Part shown: in pieces, positions 1 through 10,124 of the stretch
How the letters are laid out: every line of letters starts with the position of its first letter
How positions within the stretch are numbered: position 1 is the first letter of the stretch
DNA from: a virus
Lineage: Duplodnaviria; Caudoviricetes
DNA: 61,224 nt
Virus record (IMG/VR): IMGVR_UViG_3300005253_000610
Location: 1 to 61,224 of that record
Strand: one strand, 5' to 3'
The notes under the pieces: model-generated
Database searches by the model: none
Told to the model about the DNA's origin: nothing
The model's input: only the letters and a program-made list of their open reading frames with translations
Made by a program: the position numbers and the translations under genes

Positions 1-527
1 TCGTATATATCGGCGAGGATAAGACTCTCTGGACGCGAGTCATCGGCAACTTCGATGTGTCTAGCATCCCCGCCGGAGCCACTATCGACGCGGCCAAGCT
101 CGTACAGGAGGTGACGCTTTCTAATGGTAGCGCAGCGGGAAAGGTAAAGCGTTGTACGCGCCCCGCCGATTGGGTGGAGAATCAAGTCACCTGGGACGAC
201 TACAAGACGAGTACCGCCTGGACGACCGGCGGCGGGGACTTCGATAACACAACGCCGACTCCTGTAGCCTTCACCTTTCCAGCCTCGACGGGAACGTGGG
301 AGATCACCGGCATGGCGGGGTTCGTGGCTGACGCCCTCGCCCACCGGAGGGATATCGTCTCGGTCATTTTCTTCTTTGACGACGAAGACCCAGGCAGCAA
401 CGTGGGTGGCAACTGGGATTCGAGCGAACACACCACCGAAGCCAACCGCTGGAAGCTGGTGGTAGAGTGGGTAGCTTCATTGCCTCACATACGAGGCCGA
501 TCAATGGCCCATCTTATAGTTAGATAG
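1..527 (+). CDS. DNRLRE-like domain virion/tail protein, 5'-truncated (N-terminus probably at 61181..61224)
   Basis: Frame open from position 3 (VYIGEDKTLWTRVIGNFDVSSIPAGATIDAAKL...W.ENQVTW...W...GGD...DSSE...KLVVEW), matching the DNRLRE pattern. Confidence 0.7.
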   Translation, partial: VYIGEDKTLWTRVIGNFDVSSIPAGATIDAAKLVQEVTLSNGSAAGKVKRCTRPADWVENQVTWDDYKTSTAWTTGGGDFDNTTPTPVAFTFPASTGTWEITGMAGFVADALAHRRDIVSVIFFFDDEDPGSNVGGNWDSSEHTTEANRWKLVVEWVASLPHIRGRSMAHLIVR

Positions 528-545
528 AGAAAGGAAGGAAAGGAT

Positions 546-1028
546 ATGGGAAGGATTTATACTGCGAGGTTTGAGGCAGTGAATGTATCTGCTGCCCAGG
601 ATGTATTCTCTCTCGGTTCACCGACTTCAGGAGTAGGCTTGCTCCACGCAGTCTACCTCTCACAGACTTCAGACGTAGGTGACTCAGCAGAGATTATTGA
701 AGAAGTCAGGATCGTCACGGGAAACACTACAGTAGGATCGGGCGGGTCCGCTCCTACAGCAATTCCGTTTCAGTTAGGAGATACGCCGACTGTTACTGTG
801 AGAGCAAATGATACCACAGAGGTCAGCGCCGGGACACAGGTAATTAAGTTCAGCGATGCGTGGAATGTTCGTGTTGGTTGGCAGTATCTCCCAACTCCTG
901 AAACGCGCATCTACTGGAACGAGTTGATCGCTGGCACGAAAACGTTCTTAGCTATACAGCTTCCCGGCGCTCCTGCTTCGGCAATTACTATGACGGGGAC
1001 AATTATCTTCGAGGAAATCTTAGGCTAG
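546..1028 (+). CDS. Putative minor virion protein
   Basis: Strong SD (AAGGAAGG), beta-rich S/T/G composition, structural-module context. Confidence 0.6.
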   Translation: MGRIYTARFEAVNVSAAQDVFSLGSPTSGVGLLHAVYLSQTSDVGDSAEIIEEVRIVTGNTTVGSGGSAPTAIPFQLGDTPTVTVRANDTTEVSAGTQVIKFSDAWNVRVGWQYLPTPETRIYWNELIAGTKTFLAIQLPGAPASAITMTGTIIFEEILG

Positions 1029-1261
1029 TGTCCTACGGTGTCTATCGTCGGCGACCTTTTGTACAGCAGCGTAGTCGCACGATTGGTGTACTGACAAACG
1101 CAGGAGGTGCGCCTGCTACTACATCGTTGCCCCTGCCGCGTAGACTTTTACCGTGGGCTGTCTATTATCGACCTCCTACAGCGGTCTATAGGCAACACGG
1201 CTATGTGGCTGTATTATCAAAATCGGCCACCCTAGCCCGCTTTGCGGGGATCATTGGATAA
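1028..1261 (+). CDS. Small basic hypothetical protein
   Basis: GTG start coupled to upstream stop; internal repeat (VYRRRP/VYYRPP/VYRQ). Confidence 0.5.
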   Translation: MSYGVYRRRPFVQQRSRTIGVLTNAGGAPATTSLPLPRRLLPWAVYYRPPTAVYRQHGYVAVLSKSATLARFAGIIG

Positions 1262-1263
1262 TC

Positions 1264-1298
1264 CTAACCTTTACGTAAGGGTTAGATTGTGGTATAAT
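1264..1298 (+). promoter_or_regulatory. Sigma70/A-type promoter with palindromic operator over -35
   Basis: TTTACG(1270)-17 nt-TGnTATAAT(1293); IR CTAACC-T-TTACGTAA-G-GGTTAG. Confidence 0.8.
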
Positions 1299-1377
1299 TA
1301 AGTGTGGGACCATGATCCCATAAGTCCGTTAGTGTGAGATACTCTAACGAGTTTCTCCGAGAAGGAGTAAAGAATCT

Positions 1378-2226
1378 ATGGCTACCGTAGGGGGACAGAC
1401 CCCCAACTTCCAGACCAACTTTTCAGGACGAATCTTCCGTACAAGGATGTTGCGGGATAAGATTGGGCCAGATGACCCAACCTATCACCTACTCATGCTT
1501 CAGGCGAAGCGCGACGTTTTCTCAATCTTCGATGACTTCCTCACCACACTAGACAATACAGGCCAGACAGAGATTTTCTGGACGCCTAGTGCTGCCGGAT
1601 CAAACGGTACTGCGCCTACAGAACGTACTGGTGGTGGGAGCTTGCAGGGTGAGATTATCTTTGACAGCACAGCGAATAACGACGGTAGCTCAACGCTGTT
1701 TTCTGAGACCGTCTTTACGGCTGACCACCGGCCCGTATGCCTATGGCGTATGCAGATGCCGAGTTCCGTAGCCGCAGGTAAGTTTGAACTAGGCTTCGCT
1801 GCTGAGCTAGGGGCGGCATCAGATGAGAATGAAGGCGTTGTAGCGGTGAAGGCTACGCCCACATCCAGCGGGACCGACTATGCAGTCATAATCTATGACA
1901 CGGATGACTCAGCCGCAGGCTCGGACGTGGGCCTAGTATCTGATGGGACAGACGATGCCGTATCTTCCGTAGATGGGTCGCCGGGGATCACGTTTACTAC
2001 ACAGACGTACTACGACATGATGCTCGCTATTGATGAGCAGAAGCGGTGTTCCTTCTGGATCGACTCAACATTCCAGGGATTTACTACGACCGCTCCGGAT
2101 ACTGATAACACGACACTCCTTGGGCTTTACGCTTTTTGTCAGTCTAGGGATGGTACTGCGAACACAATGGTACTTGACTTTGTACTTGCCTGGCAAGAGC
2201 GGAATAGACTACCGTTGTCGCTGTAA
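1378..2226 (+). CDS. Virion protein (lectin/ConA-like beta-sandwich suspected), paralog of 2238..3077
   Basis: Shared motifs F.DDF, KFE.GFA, GVV.VKATPT, LD...AWQER. Confidence 0.65.
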   Translation: MATVGGQTPNFQTNFSGRIFRTRMLRDKIGPDDPTYHLLMLQAKRDVFSIFDDFLTTLDNTGQTEIFWTPSAAGSNGTAPTERTGGGSLQGEIIFDSTANNDGSSTLFSETVFTADHRPVCLWRMQMPSSVAAGKFELGFAAELGAASDENEGVVAVKATPTSSGTDYAVIIYDTDDSAAGSDVGLVSDGTDDAVSSVDGSPGITFTTQTYYDMMLAIDEQKRCSFWIDSTFQGFTTTAPDTDNTTLLGLYAFCQSRDGTANTMVLDFVLAWQERNRLPLSL

Positions 2227-2237
2227 GGGAGGGATTG

Positions 2238-3077
2238 ATGCCAACAGCATTTAGACTTCCTAATGACCACCTAACAAGGATACTTCTCCAGTCCGATGTG
2301 GGGCGGGACTCTTTGCTGGAGTTTCTCTGCACGGACAGCATTTACAGCTTCAAGGATGACTTTGACAAGGATGACCTATCCGACTACTGGGGGGTCGCTC
2401 ATGGTGAAATCGGCTCCCCAACAGATGGTGTCACAGATTTCCACTTTGTAGATGATGCCATTAACGGATTCATTGAAGGCGATCCTGGCGAAGTGGATGA
2501 TGCAGATATTCGCCTCTTCAGTAAGCACGCACTGTGGTCCCCCGCCCGACGCTGCGTAGTGCAGACATCCTTTGACATATCTAGTCTAACGAGCGCGAAG
2601 TTTGAGTTCGGATTCGCTCACCCCTCCGTTGAACTGGATTCGCCTACCCTATCTGGTGTAGTGCTCGTAAAGGCGACACCGACCGCTAATGAACTTACAG
2701 GCACGTTCGCTGTAGCAGTGTTCGATACGGATGACGACACGAACTGTGACCTTACGACACAGACAGCGGGTACCGTTGCCTCTGTTGCACAGACTGGGGC
2801 ACCTACGTTGAGCGTTCCGGGACCGATCTCGATTATGGTGGCTATGACTGAAGGCGGGGGCGTGCGCTACTGGATCAACGGCGTTCCTGCTGGGTTCGTG
2901 CAGACCGCTCCACGTACAGTAGACGAAACCTTTGGTGTACTTGGTGGAGAGGCTGCTGATCATGGAACGGGGGCGAACATGCACCTTTGGTTCATGGTAC
3001 AGAACCGTGCATCTGGCGTGGCGCATAGTACCCGTCTAGATTATATGCAGGCGTGGCAGGAGAGGGAGATAGTATAA
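2238..3077 (+). CDS. Virion protein, paralog of 1378..2226
   Basis: Same shared motifs; SD GGGAGG. Confidence 0.65.
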   Translation: MPTAFRLPNDHLTRILLQSDVGRDSLLEFLCTDSIYSFKDDFDKDDLSDYWGVAHGEIGSPTDGVTDFHFVDDAINGFIEGDPGEVDDADIRLFSKHALWSPARRCVVQTSFDISSLTSAKFEFGFAHPSVELDSPTLSGVVLVKATPTANELTGTFAVAVFDTDDDTNCDLTTQTAGTVASVAQTGAPTLSVPGPISIMVAMTEGGGVRYWINGVPAGFVQTAPRTVDETFGVLGGEAADHGTGANMHLWFMVQNRASGVAHSTRLDYMQAWQEREIV

Positions 3078-3745
3078 TGCCACAGTTCATGCGCCCGACA
3101 TCTGATCTCATCCGAAGCGTTCTGCCTATTGAACGCCAGCAAAAGAACTCAAGCGGAACCTTTGTACTCACTACGATGACCCCTGCTGGTCAGAAGCCAG
3201 CCCTCTCTACAGGTGCGTCAGCCTTTGGAGTTATTGATGAGGCGAATCGTGATACCTCAGACTACTTCGAGTCTGCACTAGATGCGATTGGCGGAGTTGT
3301 AGCAGTTGAGACAGGGAACCCCTCCTCAACACCTATAAGCAACCGTAACCACTTCCTCCGTGTGGCTGTTGGAAAGAACTCTTCTGGCGGTGAAGACTTA
3401 GCCTGTACAATAGAAATTCGACAGGGCTATTCGGATGAGACGGACGCAAACAGAGGAACACTTGTTGCTGCGATCCGCGTACTCGTGCCCGATAGCCTTA
3501 CTACATACACCCGCCGTCTTACCGAAGCAGAGGCGATTCTGATCACTGACTATACCGATGTCCAGTTCCGTTTCGTCATGCGTAAGGTAGGGGGAAGTGG
3601 TGGTGCTCGTCGCGTGCGCGTATACTGGGCAGAACTAGAAGTCCCCAGCTTAGGCGCGCCGCTGGACAAGGACATTAAACTGTCTCAGAATGAGCTTCGC
3701 CTACAACAAATGGGCGAGTCTATTGCTGGACGTGTCGAACCCTAA
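3077..3745 (+). CDS. Putative virion/tail protein
   Basis: TAATG coupling; C-terminal ITDYTDVQFRF...RVRVYWAELEVP motif; structural context. Confidence 0.55.
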   Translation: MPQFMRPTSDLIRSVLPIERQQKNSSGTFVLTTMTPAGQKPALSTGASAFGVIDEANRDTSDYFESALDAIGGVVAVETGNPSSTPISNRNHFLRVAVGKNSSGGEDLACTIEIRQGYSDETDANRGTLVAAIRVLVPDSLTTYTRRLTEAEAILITDYTDVQFRFVMRKVGGSGGARRVRVYWAELEVPSLGAPLDKDIKLSQNELRLQQMGESIAGRVEP

Positions 3746-3776
3746 CCTTGACGTAAGGGTGAGGGTGTGGTATACT
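3741..3776 (+). promoter_or_regulatory. Promoter with palindromic operator over -35
   Basis: TTGACG(3748)-17-TGnTATACT(3771); CCTAACCTTGACGTAAGGGTGAGG. Confidence 0.8.
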
Positions 3777-3861
3777 GATCATAGAGGCGGTAGCTGAGTC
3801 CCAGCTATGCGGCCCGCTCCTAGATATATAGGAATATAGGATTAGAAAGGAGTAAGTATAT

Positions 3862-4533
3862 ATGAGCGAATATGGCTTTCGCGGACTCGTAAGACAAGGA
3901 AGCGTAACTAGAGTAAACGACGGATCGTGGGTGGGCCTGAGAGCCCTCCGTGACGGTGCTGCCGTTCTCTGCCCCTGGTATCAGGCTCTCGTTCTTGAGG
4001 GGCGTTGTTTCTCTGCTGCTGCCCCTGGTACGTATGACCATGCTGGTCTTACGGTTATGGCCACGTATGCAGATACATCCAAGACAGTTGCGGTAGATAT
4101 TCCCGATGCCACTGCTGGTATCCCCTTGTATATGGAGGGGAGTTTCCTCGCTACTGGCGGTGCTGTTGTTCATGCTTCAGGTATGGTAAATACAGCACTG
4201 AACGGTACAGGCGGAACGGAGACTGAGATATCTGAATTGAATCTCCGACTAGATAATCCCGTTTCATCTGGTGCAACGGCTATGCATACCGTCTCAAGTG
4301 CAGTGGATAACGTAGATGGGACTGAGAGGGTACTGTTCCACTTCGCTACAAGCCAAGACCTCGACGCAGTTGCACTGGACCCCCGCAGCTCTCTGTGGTC
4401 TATTGGAGAAGTTGGTCTTGCGCCTGTTGTTCTAGACGCCTCATCGATCAACCTCGTAATGTTTACAACCACTTCCGGCACTGGCTTTGGATTGGTTGCT
4501 TGGGCCGAACTCCCTGAGTCGGCCATTACTTAA
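3862..4533 (+). CDS. Virion protein, tandem paralog 1 of 3
   Basis: LRALRDGA...PWYQALVLEGRCFSA...WAELPESA shared with the next two genes; SD AAAGGAG. Confidence 0.7.
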   Translation: MSEYGFRGLVRQGSVTRVNDGSWVGLRALRDGAAVLCPWYQALVLEGRCFSAAAPGTYDHAGLTVMATYADTSKTVAVDIPDATAGIPLYMEGSFLATGGAVVHASGMVNTALNGTGGTETEISELNLRLDNPVSSGATAMHTVSSAVDNVDGTERVLFHFATSQDLDAVALDPRSSLWSIGEVGLAPVVLDASSINLVMFTTTSGTGFGLVAWAELPESAIT

Positions 4534-4551
4534 AAAGAAAGGAGTAAAGAT

Positions 4552-5208
4552 ATGGATATTCGTGTACTTGCACAACAGGAAAGCCCGTCGCGTGGAAATG
4601 ACGGACAGCTTGTAGCACTAAGGGCGCTCCGTGATGGAGCAGTCATTACCTGTCCGTGGTATCAGGCCCTTGTCCTCGAAGGGCGGTGCTTTTCGGCGAC
4701 AGGCCCAGGAACGTATGATCATGCGGGCATGACACTAAGAATAACTGAGGCAACCGATGAGGCCGCAGTAACGGTGGATATTCCTGACGGTCTGGCAGCT
4801 ATTCCTCTCTATGCAGAGGCCAGCTTCCTCGCTACAGGTGCGATTATTGTTCACGCAGCCTTCTTTGTTGGACTTCTACCTTATGGGGTAGCCAGTGCAA
4901 CATTGGTAAGCGCACTTAATCTGAGGCTCGATAACCCAATCGCGTCCGGCGCAACGGCACAGCATACTAATAACTCTGGTATAACTGTCGTTGACGGTAC
5001 AGAGCGGATGATGTTCCACTTTGGTACAGCACAGGACCTTGACGCGACCGTTATCAATCCTCGTCGAACGTGGTCAGTTGCGGATGCAGGGTATGCCCCC
5101 GTCGCTATGGATGCGTCGTCCCTGGCCTTGAAGATGTCGGCTGCAACGTCGGGTACTGGCTTTGGGCTTGTTGCCTGGGCTGAGTTGCCCGAATCGGCTA
5201 TCAACTAA
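4552..5208 (+). CDS. Virion protein, tandem paralog 2 of 3
   Basis: Same conserved motifs and SD. Confidence 0.7.
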   Translation: MDIRVLAQQESPSRGNDGQLVALRALRDGAVITCPWYQALVLEGRCFSATGPGTYDHAGMTLRITEATDEAAVTVDIPDGLAAIPLYAEASFLATGAIIVHAAFFVGLLPYGVASATLVSALNLRLDNPIASGATAQHTNNSGITVVDGTERMMFHFGTAQDLDATVINPRRTWSVADAGYAPVAMDASSLALKMSAATSGTGFGLVAWAELPESAIN

Positions 5209-5226
5209 TTTGAAGAAAGGAGTAAT

Positions 5227-5886
5227 ATGTCTGACGCACGTGTAAAGATTCAACAGCAAAACGTTAGCCGTGAATCGGACGGAAACTGGACTAACCTCCG
5301 TGCCCTCCGTGACGGTGCTATGATTGCTGTGCCTTGGTATCAGGCATTGGTACTAGAAGGACGTTGTTTCTCAGCAGCCGCACCGGGAACGTATGATATT
5401 ACTGGTGTGACTACGATGGGAACGTATGCAGATACGTCCAAAACGCTTGCTGTGGATATTCCCGATGGCACAGCGGCTATTCCGCTGTATATTGAGACCA
5501 ACTTCAACCTGAACGCCGCTACCGTGAGCCACATGTCCGCTATGGTCACGGTGCTGCTTAACGGTACAGGCGGGTCGGAAACTGAAGTATCGGAATTGAA
5601 CCTTCGGGCCGACAACCCTGTGGCTTCCGGCGCAACTGCAATGCATACCGTAACGTCCGCAGTGGATAATGTGGACGCTACCGAACGTGTACTATTCCAC
5701 TGGGCCAGCGCACAGGACTTGGATACAGTTGACCTTGATCCGTATATCAGGTGGAGCGTAGGAAAGACCGGAATTGCCCCTGTCGTTATTGACGCAGGAT
5801 CAATTGCCACCGTCATGTTCAATGCGACGAGCACCGGCTTCTCCCTTATCCACTGGGCAGAGATTACCGAATCGGCATTTAACTAA
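5227..5886 (+). CDS. Virion protein, tandem paralog 3 of 3
   Basis: Same conserved motifs and SD. Confidence 0.7.
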   Translation: MSDARVKIQQQNVSRESDGNWTNLRALRDGAMIAVPWYQALVLEGRCFSAAAPGTYDITGVTTMGTYADTSKTLAVDIPDGTAAIPLYIETNFNLNAATVSHMSAMVTVLLNGTGGSETEVSELNLRADNPVASGATAMHTVTSAVDNVDATERVLFHWASAQDLDTVDLDPYIRWSVGKTGIAPVVIDAGSIATVMFNATSTGFSLIHWAEITESAFN

Positions 5887-5937
5887 GATACCTGGCAGTG
5901 CTGCCGCAGTGCTGCCTCGTTACAAGGAGGAATTGAC

Positions 5938-6294
5938 ATGGTAAGTGAACCTGAACAGGTTGCTGAGCATCCGAGTTTTAGATTCGTATGTTCAGGATGT
6001 AGGGCCTTTCGTGACCAACAGATACGAAACAAAGACGCTAGGTTTATCAAGTGTGTCTGTGGTGAGAAGGCAGAGAAGATAGATAATAGTCCTAAAGACA
6101 AGGATGAACGTATTAAGTGGTGGACATATCCCAACGGGGAGTATGCTCCTGGTAAGTTTTCAGATAACCCTGATGCGGGAGCCGCCATTGGTAGGATGAT
6201 GGGTATGGGTGGAACGTCCTCTAAGGAATCGAAGCCTACAGGGTTCTTGGGCCGTATCTTTCAGGCTGTTAAGTATATACTAGGGAGAGTGTAA
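5938..6294 (+). CDS. Zinc-ribbon protein (FmdB-like)
   Basis: FRFVCSGC...CVCG; SD AAGGAGG. Confidence 0.6.
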   Translation: MVSEPEQVAEHPSFRFVCSGCRAFRDQQIRNKDARFIKCVCGEKAEKIDNSPKDKDERIKWWTYPNGEYAPGKFSDNPDAGAAIGRMMGMGGTSSKESKPTGFLGRIFQAVKYILGRV

Positions 6295-6295
6295 G

Positions 6296-6637
6296 ATTCC
6301 TATCTACGATTTCACTTGCAAGAGCTGTGGTACGACGTATGAGCGGCGTGCTGGGTATAATGACTCTACTGTCCCCTGTGATAATTGTCAGGGGACTGCT
6401 ACACGTAAGCAGGTCTATCGGCAGAGTCTTGTCGTAGACCCTGCGATGCCGCCACAGGAAAACATGGTAGAGGTCCAAGGTGCGTTGGATCAGGAGATGA
6501 GGAAGATCGGTTGGGATGGCGACCGTGCTGTAGATGAATTGCGTCACGCCTTCCAGTACAACGAACAGGGGCAGGGCGAGCTGGACATGAGCAAGATGAG
6601 CAAGACTGCCAGCAAGCGTGGAACGGATGTAGACTAG
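6296..6637 (+). CDS. FmdB-family zinc-ribbon protein with probable ATT start
   Basis: ATT-CCT-ATC-TAC gives MPIYDFTCKSCG...PCDNCQG, in frame with the 6446 ORF; SD AGGGAG upstream. Confidence 0.7.
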   Translation: MPIYDFTCKSCGTTYERRAGYNDSTVPCDNCQGTATRKQVYRQSLVVDPAMPPQENMVEVQGALDQEMRKIGWDGDRAVDELRHAFQYNEQGQGELDMSKMSKTASKRGTDVD

Positions 6638-7947
6638 TGGCAACCGTAACAGGGACAAATATCCGACTGGAGTTGCAGAAGTGGGGGATCATTCTCCTGA
6701 CAGGTGCTCCCAGTGCCACAGGCGCAGTCGGATACCTGACTGACACGGAGATGTTGCAGGCAGACACTATAGCTCCTACCATCTTTGATGGGGCTTATGT
6801 TCGTATCAATACAGCAGGAGGCGTCGCTGCCGGGGAGATCGTTCGTGTAGATTATGTAGACGGTGTAAATGGGAGATTGAATGTTACACCTGATTGGTCC
6901 TCCGCGCCAACTACTAGCGCACGGTACGAAATCTTCCGTCCTGGTGTTGATCCTGATGACGCAGACAGGGCGAGGGATAACGCCCTAACGGACGTGTGCA
7001 GCCAGTGGTATCTCCATCCAGTGTCGGAGGTTACTAATGCTGCCTATGTGGAGGCGCTTAGCTCATCGAATTGGGAGGCGATTAACAACGCCGCTATCGC
7101 CAAGCAGGTTCTTGGCTTCCCAATGGAGTTCGCCAGGGATTCCATCCTTGTTACTAACTCAGGAGCAAACGGAGGCGCAGAATCCTTCTCCATCTACACA
7201 CAGCCGGGCAAGAGCTTTTACCTTTGGGTTCCAGTGAGTGGGCGGACAGGAACAGCAGAGGTTGTTGTACGCGATATAACAAACAGTGCAGACATAACCC
7301 TCAACGGTACGTCCACACTTACAGGGCGCGGGTGGTCTGCTATTGAAGTAACCGGACAGATACCAAGCGGATGCTATGAGATCACAATTCGCCTACAGGC
7401 ACAGGGGGCAAGTGATATAGCAGAGTATGGTCCCATTTGCTTCCACTGGCAGGAACAGCGGCGTATCAGCCTGCCTGCGCGTGTGGTTAGCCGTGAATGG
7501 GTGGGGCCAGTACAGAGGCTCACTAACCAGGCAATTGCTGACGACAACTGGGCGCAGGAGGATATAAATGAGGTACTAGGTGTCCGTGTCGAGCAGGTAT
7601 CAGATAATGTTCAGCTACGATTTAACGAACCGCTAAGTACACAACCCCACTTCTATCTGGAGCGGGCGTATTATAGTGCTCTGTCCGCAACGTATATTAC
7701 GGATGCAGCACGGGCTACGGGGGATGCAGCTACCACGCTCTGTCCTACGGACTATGTAGTCCCCGCAATGACGAAACTGCTTGCTGAACAGTATAGGATC
7801 AAACACTCATGGGATAGTGAGTTCTGGGACGGCGTGCTACAACAGGCTACACGGGAACTGGCTATTAAAGAGAAGCTGTATGGGCCGAAGACAAAGGCGC
7901 GTATCGAACGTGCGCGGGGGATAAGTATCCCTAACTTGAGAATATAG
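6637..7947 (+). CDS. Putative tail adaptor / tubular protein A-like, with inserted carbohydrate-binding-like domain
   Basis: Position before a nozzle-sized gene; helical ends around a central beta-rich domain. Confidence 0.5.
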   Translation: MATVTGTNIRLELQKWGIILLTGAPSATGAVGYLTDTEMLQADTIAPTIFDGAYVRINTAGGVAAGEIVRVDYVDGVNGRLNVTPDWSSAPTTSARYEIFRPGVDPDDADRARDNALTDVCSQWYLHPVSEVTNAAYVEALSSSNWEAINNAAIAKQVLGFPMEFARDSILVTNSGANGGAESFSIYTQPGKSFYLWVPVSGRTGTAEVVVRDITNSADITLNGTSTLTGRGWSAIEVTGQIPSGCYEITIRLQAQGASDIAEYGPICFHWQEQRRISLPARVVSREWVGPVQRLTNQAIADDNWAQEDINEVLGVRVEQVSDNVQLRFNEPLSTQPHFYLERAYYSALSATYITDAARATGDAATTLCPTDYVVPAMTKLLAEQYRIKHSWDSEFWDGVLQQATRELAIKEKLYGPKTKARIERARGISIPNLRI

Positions 7948-10122
7948 ATGGCCGTACAGGAGCCTGTTCCAGAAGAAGAACGGATTAAAACCGTCCGACT
8001 GTTTGCGTCGGCGCATAATGGGTTCGGTGATGAGAGGCAGGGGGCACAGGACTTCCGCTATAACCGGAACCATCGGGGGTTTGATCCTCGCTTCCCCGGT
8101 GAGTTGAGGTTCGGGGACAATGTTACCCGTATTACCTATACCTCCTCTCCTGATAGCCCACCAATGATCGTGATCCCCTGGCGTGAAGCTAACTCTAATG
8201 GCCAAGAGGGAATCATGTGCTTTACGGATAAGGGAAATGAATTCTTACGAAGAGGGGGGTTTGGGAACCTTGGGGGCAGTACGGGAAACACTGACGCAGC
8301 CCCACACGATGCAGGAGATGGTATTGAATTTCTCTACTATGTGCAGGGCACCTCTGACGGTCTTAACAAGATCGCAATTGGTGGAGGCGTTAGCGGCACA
8401 GCAGACTCAGCGCCGTGGAACATCGATAAGATTACATCTATCTCTGGGCAGCTATATGCGTCTGTGCAACAGTCAGGATCAGTCCGCTGGAATTCGATTC
8501 AGTTCGTCCCATTCGGCTCCGACCCCTTCACTTCAGGTAACTGGTCCTCTGTAACTCGCGTAGGTTGGCCCCATACGGACATTAACAACATCGTTGCCCT
8601 CCGTGGTATCCCTGTCGTTCTCAAGCCTGAAGGTATATATATGTATAATCGTGCCATCGATCAGTGGGAAAACATGACTCCAGCTTGGGAGTTGGAAACT
8701 CATCCAGACAACGGGCGGGCTGCTGTTGCACTTGGATCGAACCTTCTTGTTACAAAGGGTGAGGGGGGTGCAGTCGTCTTTAATGGAACCAATGAATTTG
8801 ACGTGAGTCCTTATAACAACAATGTACCTGGAGTAGATACGCCTTCTCAGTTGATCTCTTGTCTTGGCTTATGGGGAACGAAAGTGATCGCAGTAACATC
8901 TACGGCCCGCTCCCCTATTGGGGGATCAGGAGATAAGAGTACACACGAGACTGCTTGGGGGTGGGGAGTAAACTCGAAGCTCATCCAACTGGGGGGTGAG
9001 ACAAATACTGATCTCCGCTTTTGGAAGACTACGGATAATGAGAGCACCTTTACACTTTACACACAACCACGAGACGGAAGCATCACAACTGGTGCCACAC
9101 TCAACAGCCTCGACACGGCAGCGAATGGAGACTACTTCTATATCGGTGCTCCGTGGCCGTGGGGGGCGGCACACATTGAGTTCGATGAGGATAACACGCT
9201 GCAAAACGATAATGCGGCCACCCTCGCTGCTGAGTATTGGGACGGTTCAGCATGGCAGACGATGACGATTGTGGACTTTACCGACGTTGCTGGTGATACA
9301 CTCAAAAAGACGGGCATGGTCTTCCTCACTGCTAACCCCTCTGACTGGACAGCAAGGACAATAGATACCGACAGTGTTAATTACTACTATATACGCTTCA
9401 ACGTAAGTGCTGCTCTTGACTCCACAGTGTCCGTTGCTGAGGTCAGACTTCTTCCTTGGAGGCCAACGATTGATGCCACCCTCGCAAATCTGGGCGCAGA
9501 TGGGAGGGATCGCCAAGGTATGATCCCACATATCCTCCTGGGTGAATTGAATGACAAAGGAGACTTCATCTGGCAAGACATGGGAGCAGCGACAGTCAAC
9601 TCCGGGGGCACAGAGCCGGATGTAGACGAGATCGGTGTTGTAGCTGTCGGCTTGGTTGGTGGGGGTGATGGCCCAGCGTATAGGAAAGTTGTCTGCTTTG
9701 GTAGGAGAGCAGCATACATCCACCACATGAATAATAGTCAGGTCTGGGTCAGGCCACCGAGATCAGGGCTCTTTGAAGCTTCTGATTTTGAGGTTGCGGA
9801 TGGGAAAGCTGTTTCCCTGCGAGAGGTGCGTATCTTCGGACGTGACTTTGACGGCGTAGATAACTTTGCCTTCTACTATAGGTATGATCCCAATCAGCCT
9901 TGGGCGGTTGTACACATGGGCGCACGTCCGCCTTTTACTAAGAAGCTGACGGATCGTGGTGGAGGGACTACCTTCCAATGGGCCATTGCCTACACACGAA
10001 CAAGTCTTGTACCTCTGAAGAGACGGCCTGCGATTACGGGTATAGACGGTGTGTTTGAAATCCTCCCCGAACTTGCTGACCGGCACGTGCAACGGACCAT
10101 AGCAGACAGTCCTAGAGGTTAA
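7948..10122 (+). CDS. Putative tail nozzle / tubular protein B-like (beta-propeller)
   Basis: 724 aa, beta-rich, typical podovirus gene order. Confidence 0.5.
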   Translation: MAVQEPVPEEERIKTVRLFASAHNGFGDERQGAQDFRYNRNHRGFDPRFPGELRFGDNVTRITYTSSPDSPPMIVIPWREANSNGQEGIMCFTDKGNEFLRRGGFGNLGGSTGNTDAAPHDAGDGIEFLYYVQGTSDGLNKIAIGGGVSGTADSAPWNIDKITSISGQLYASVQQSGSVRWNSIQFVPFGSDPFTSGNWSSVTRVGWPHTDINNIVALRGIPVVLKPEGIYMYNRAIDQWENMTPAWELETHPDNGRAAVALGSNLLVTKGEGGAVVFNGTNEFDVSPYNNNVPGVDTPSQLISCLGLWGTKVIAVTSTARSPIGGSGDKSTHETAWGWGVNSKLIQLGGETNTDLRFWKTTDNESTFTLYTQPRDGSITTGATLNSLDTAANGDYFYIGAPWPWGAAHIEFDEDNTLQNDNAATLAAEYWDGSAWQTMTIVDFTDVAGDTLKKTGMVFLTANPSDWTARTIDTDSVNYYYIRFNVSAALDSTVSVAEVRLLPWRPTIDATLANLGADGRDRQGMIPHILLGELNDKGDFIWQDMGAATVNSGGTEPDVDEIGVVAVGLVGGGDGPAYRKVVCFGRRAAYIHHMNNSQVWVRPPRSGLFEASDFEVADGKAVSLREVRIFGRDFDGVDNFAFYYRYDPNQPWAVVHMGARPPFTKKLTDRGGGTTFQWAIAYTRTSLVPLKRRPAITGIDGVFEILPELADRHVQRTIADSPRG

Positions 10123-10124
10123 GA

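Noticed and set aside
1-527. Diversity-generating retroelement as cause of the assembly gap
   Set aside because: No reverse transcriptase and no template/variable repeat pair seen
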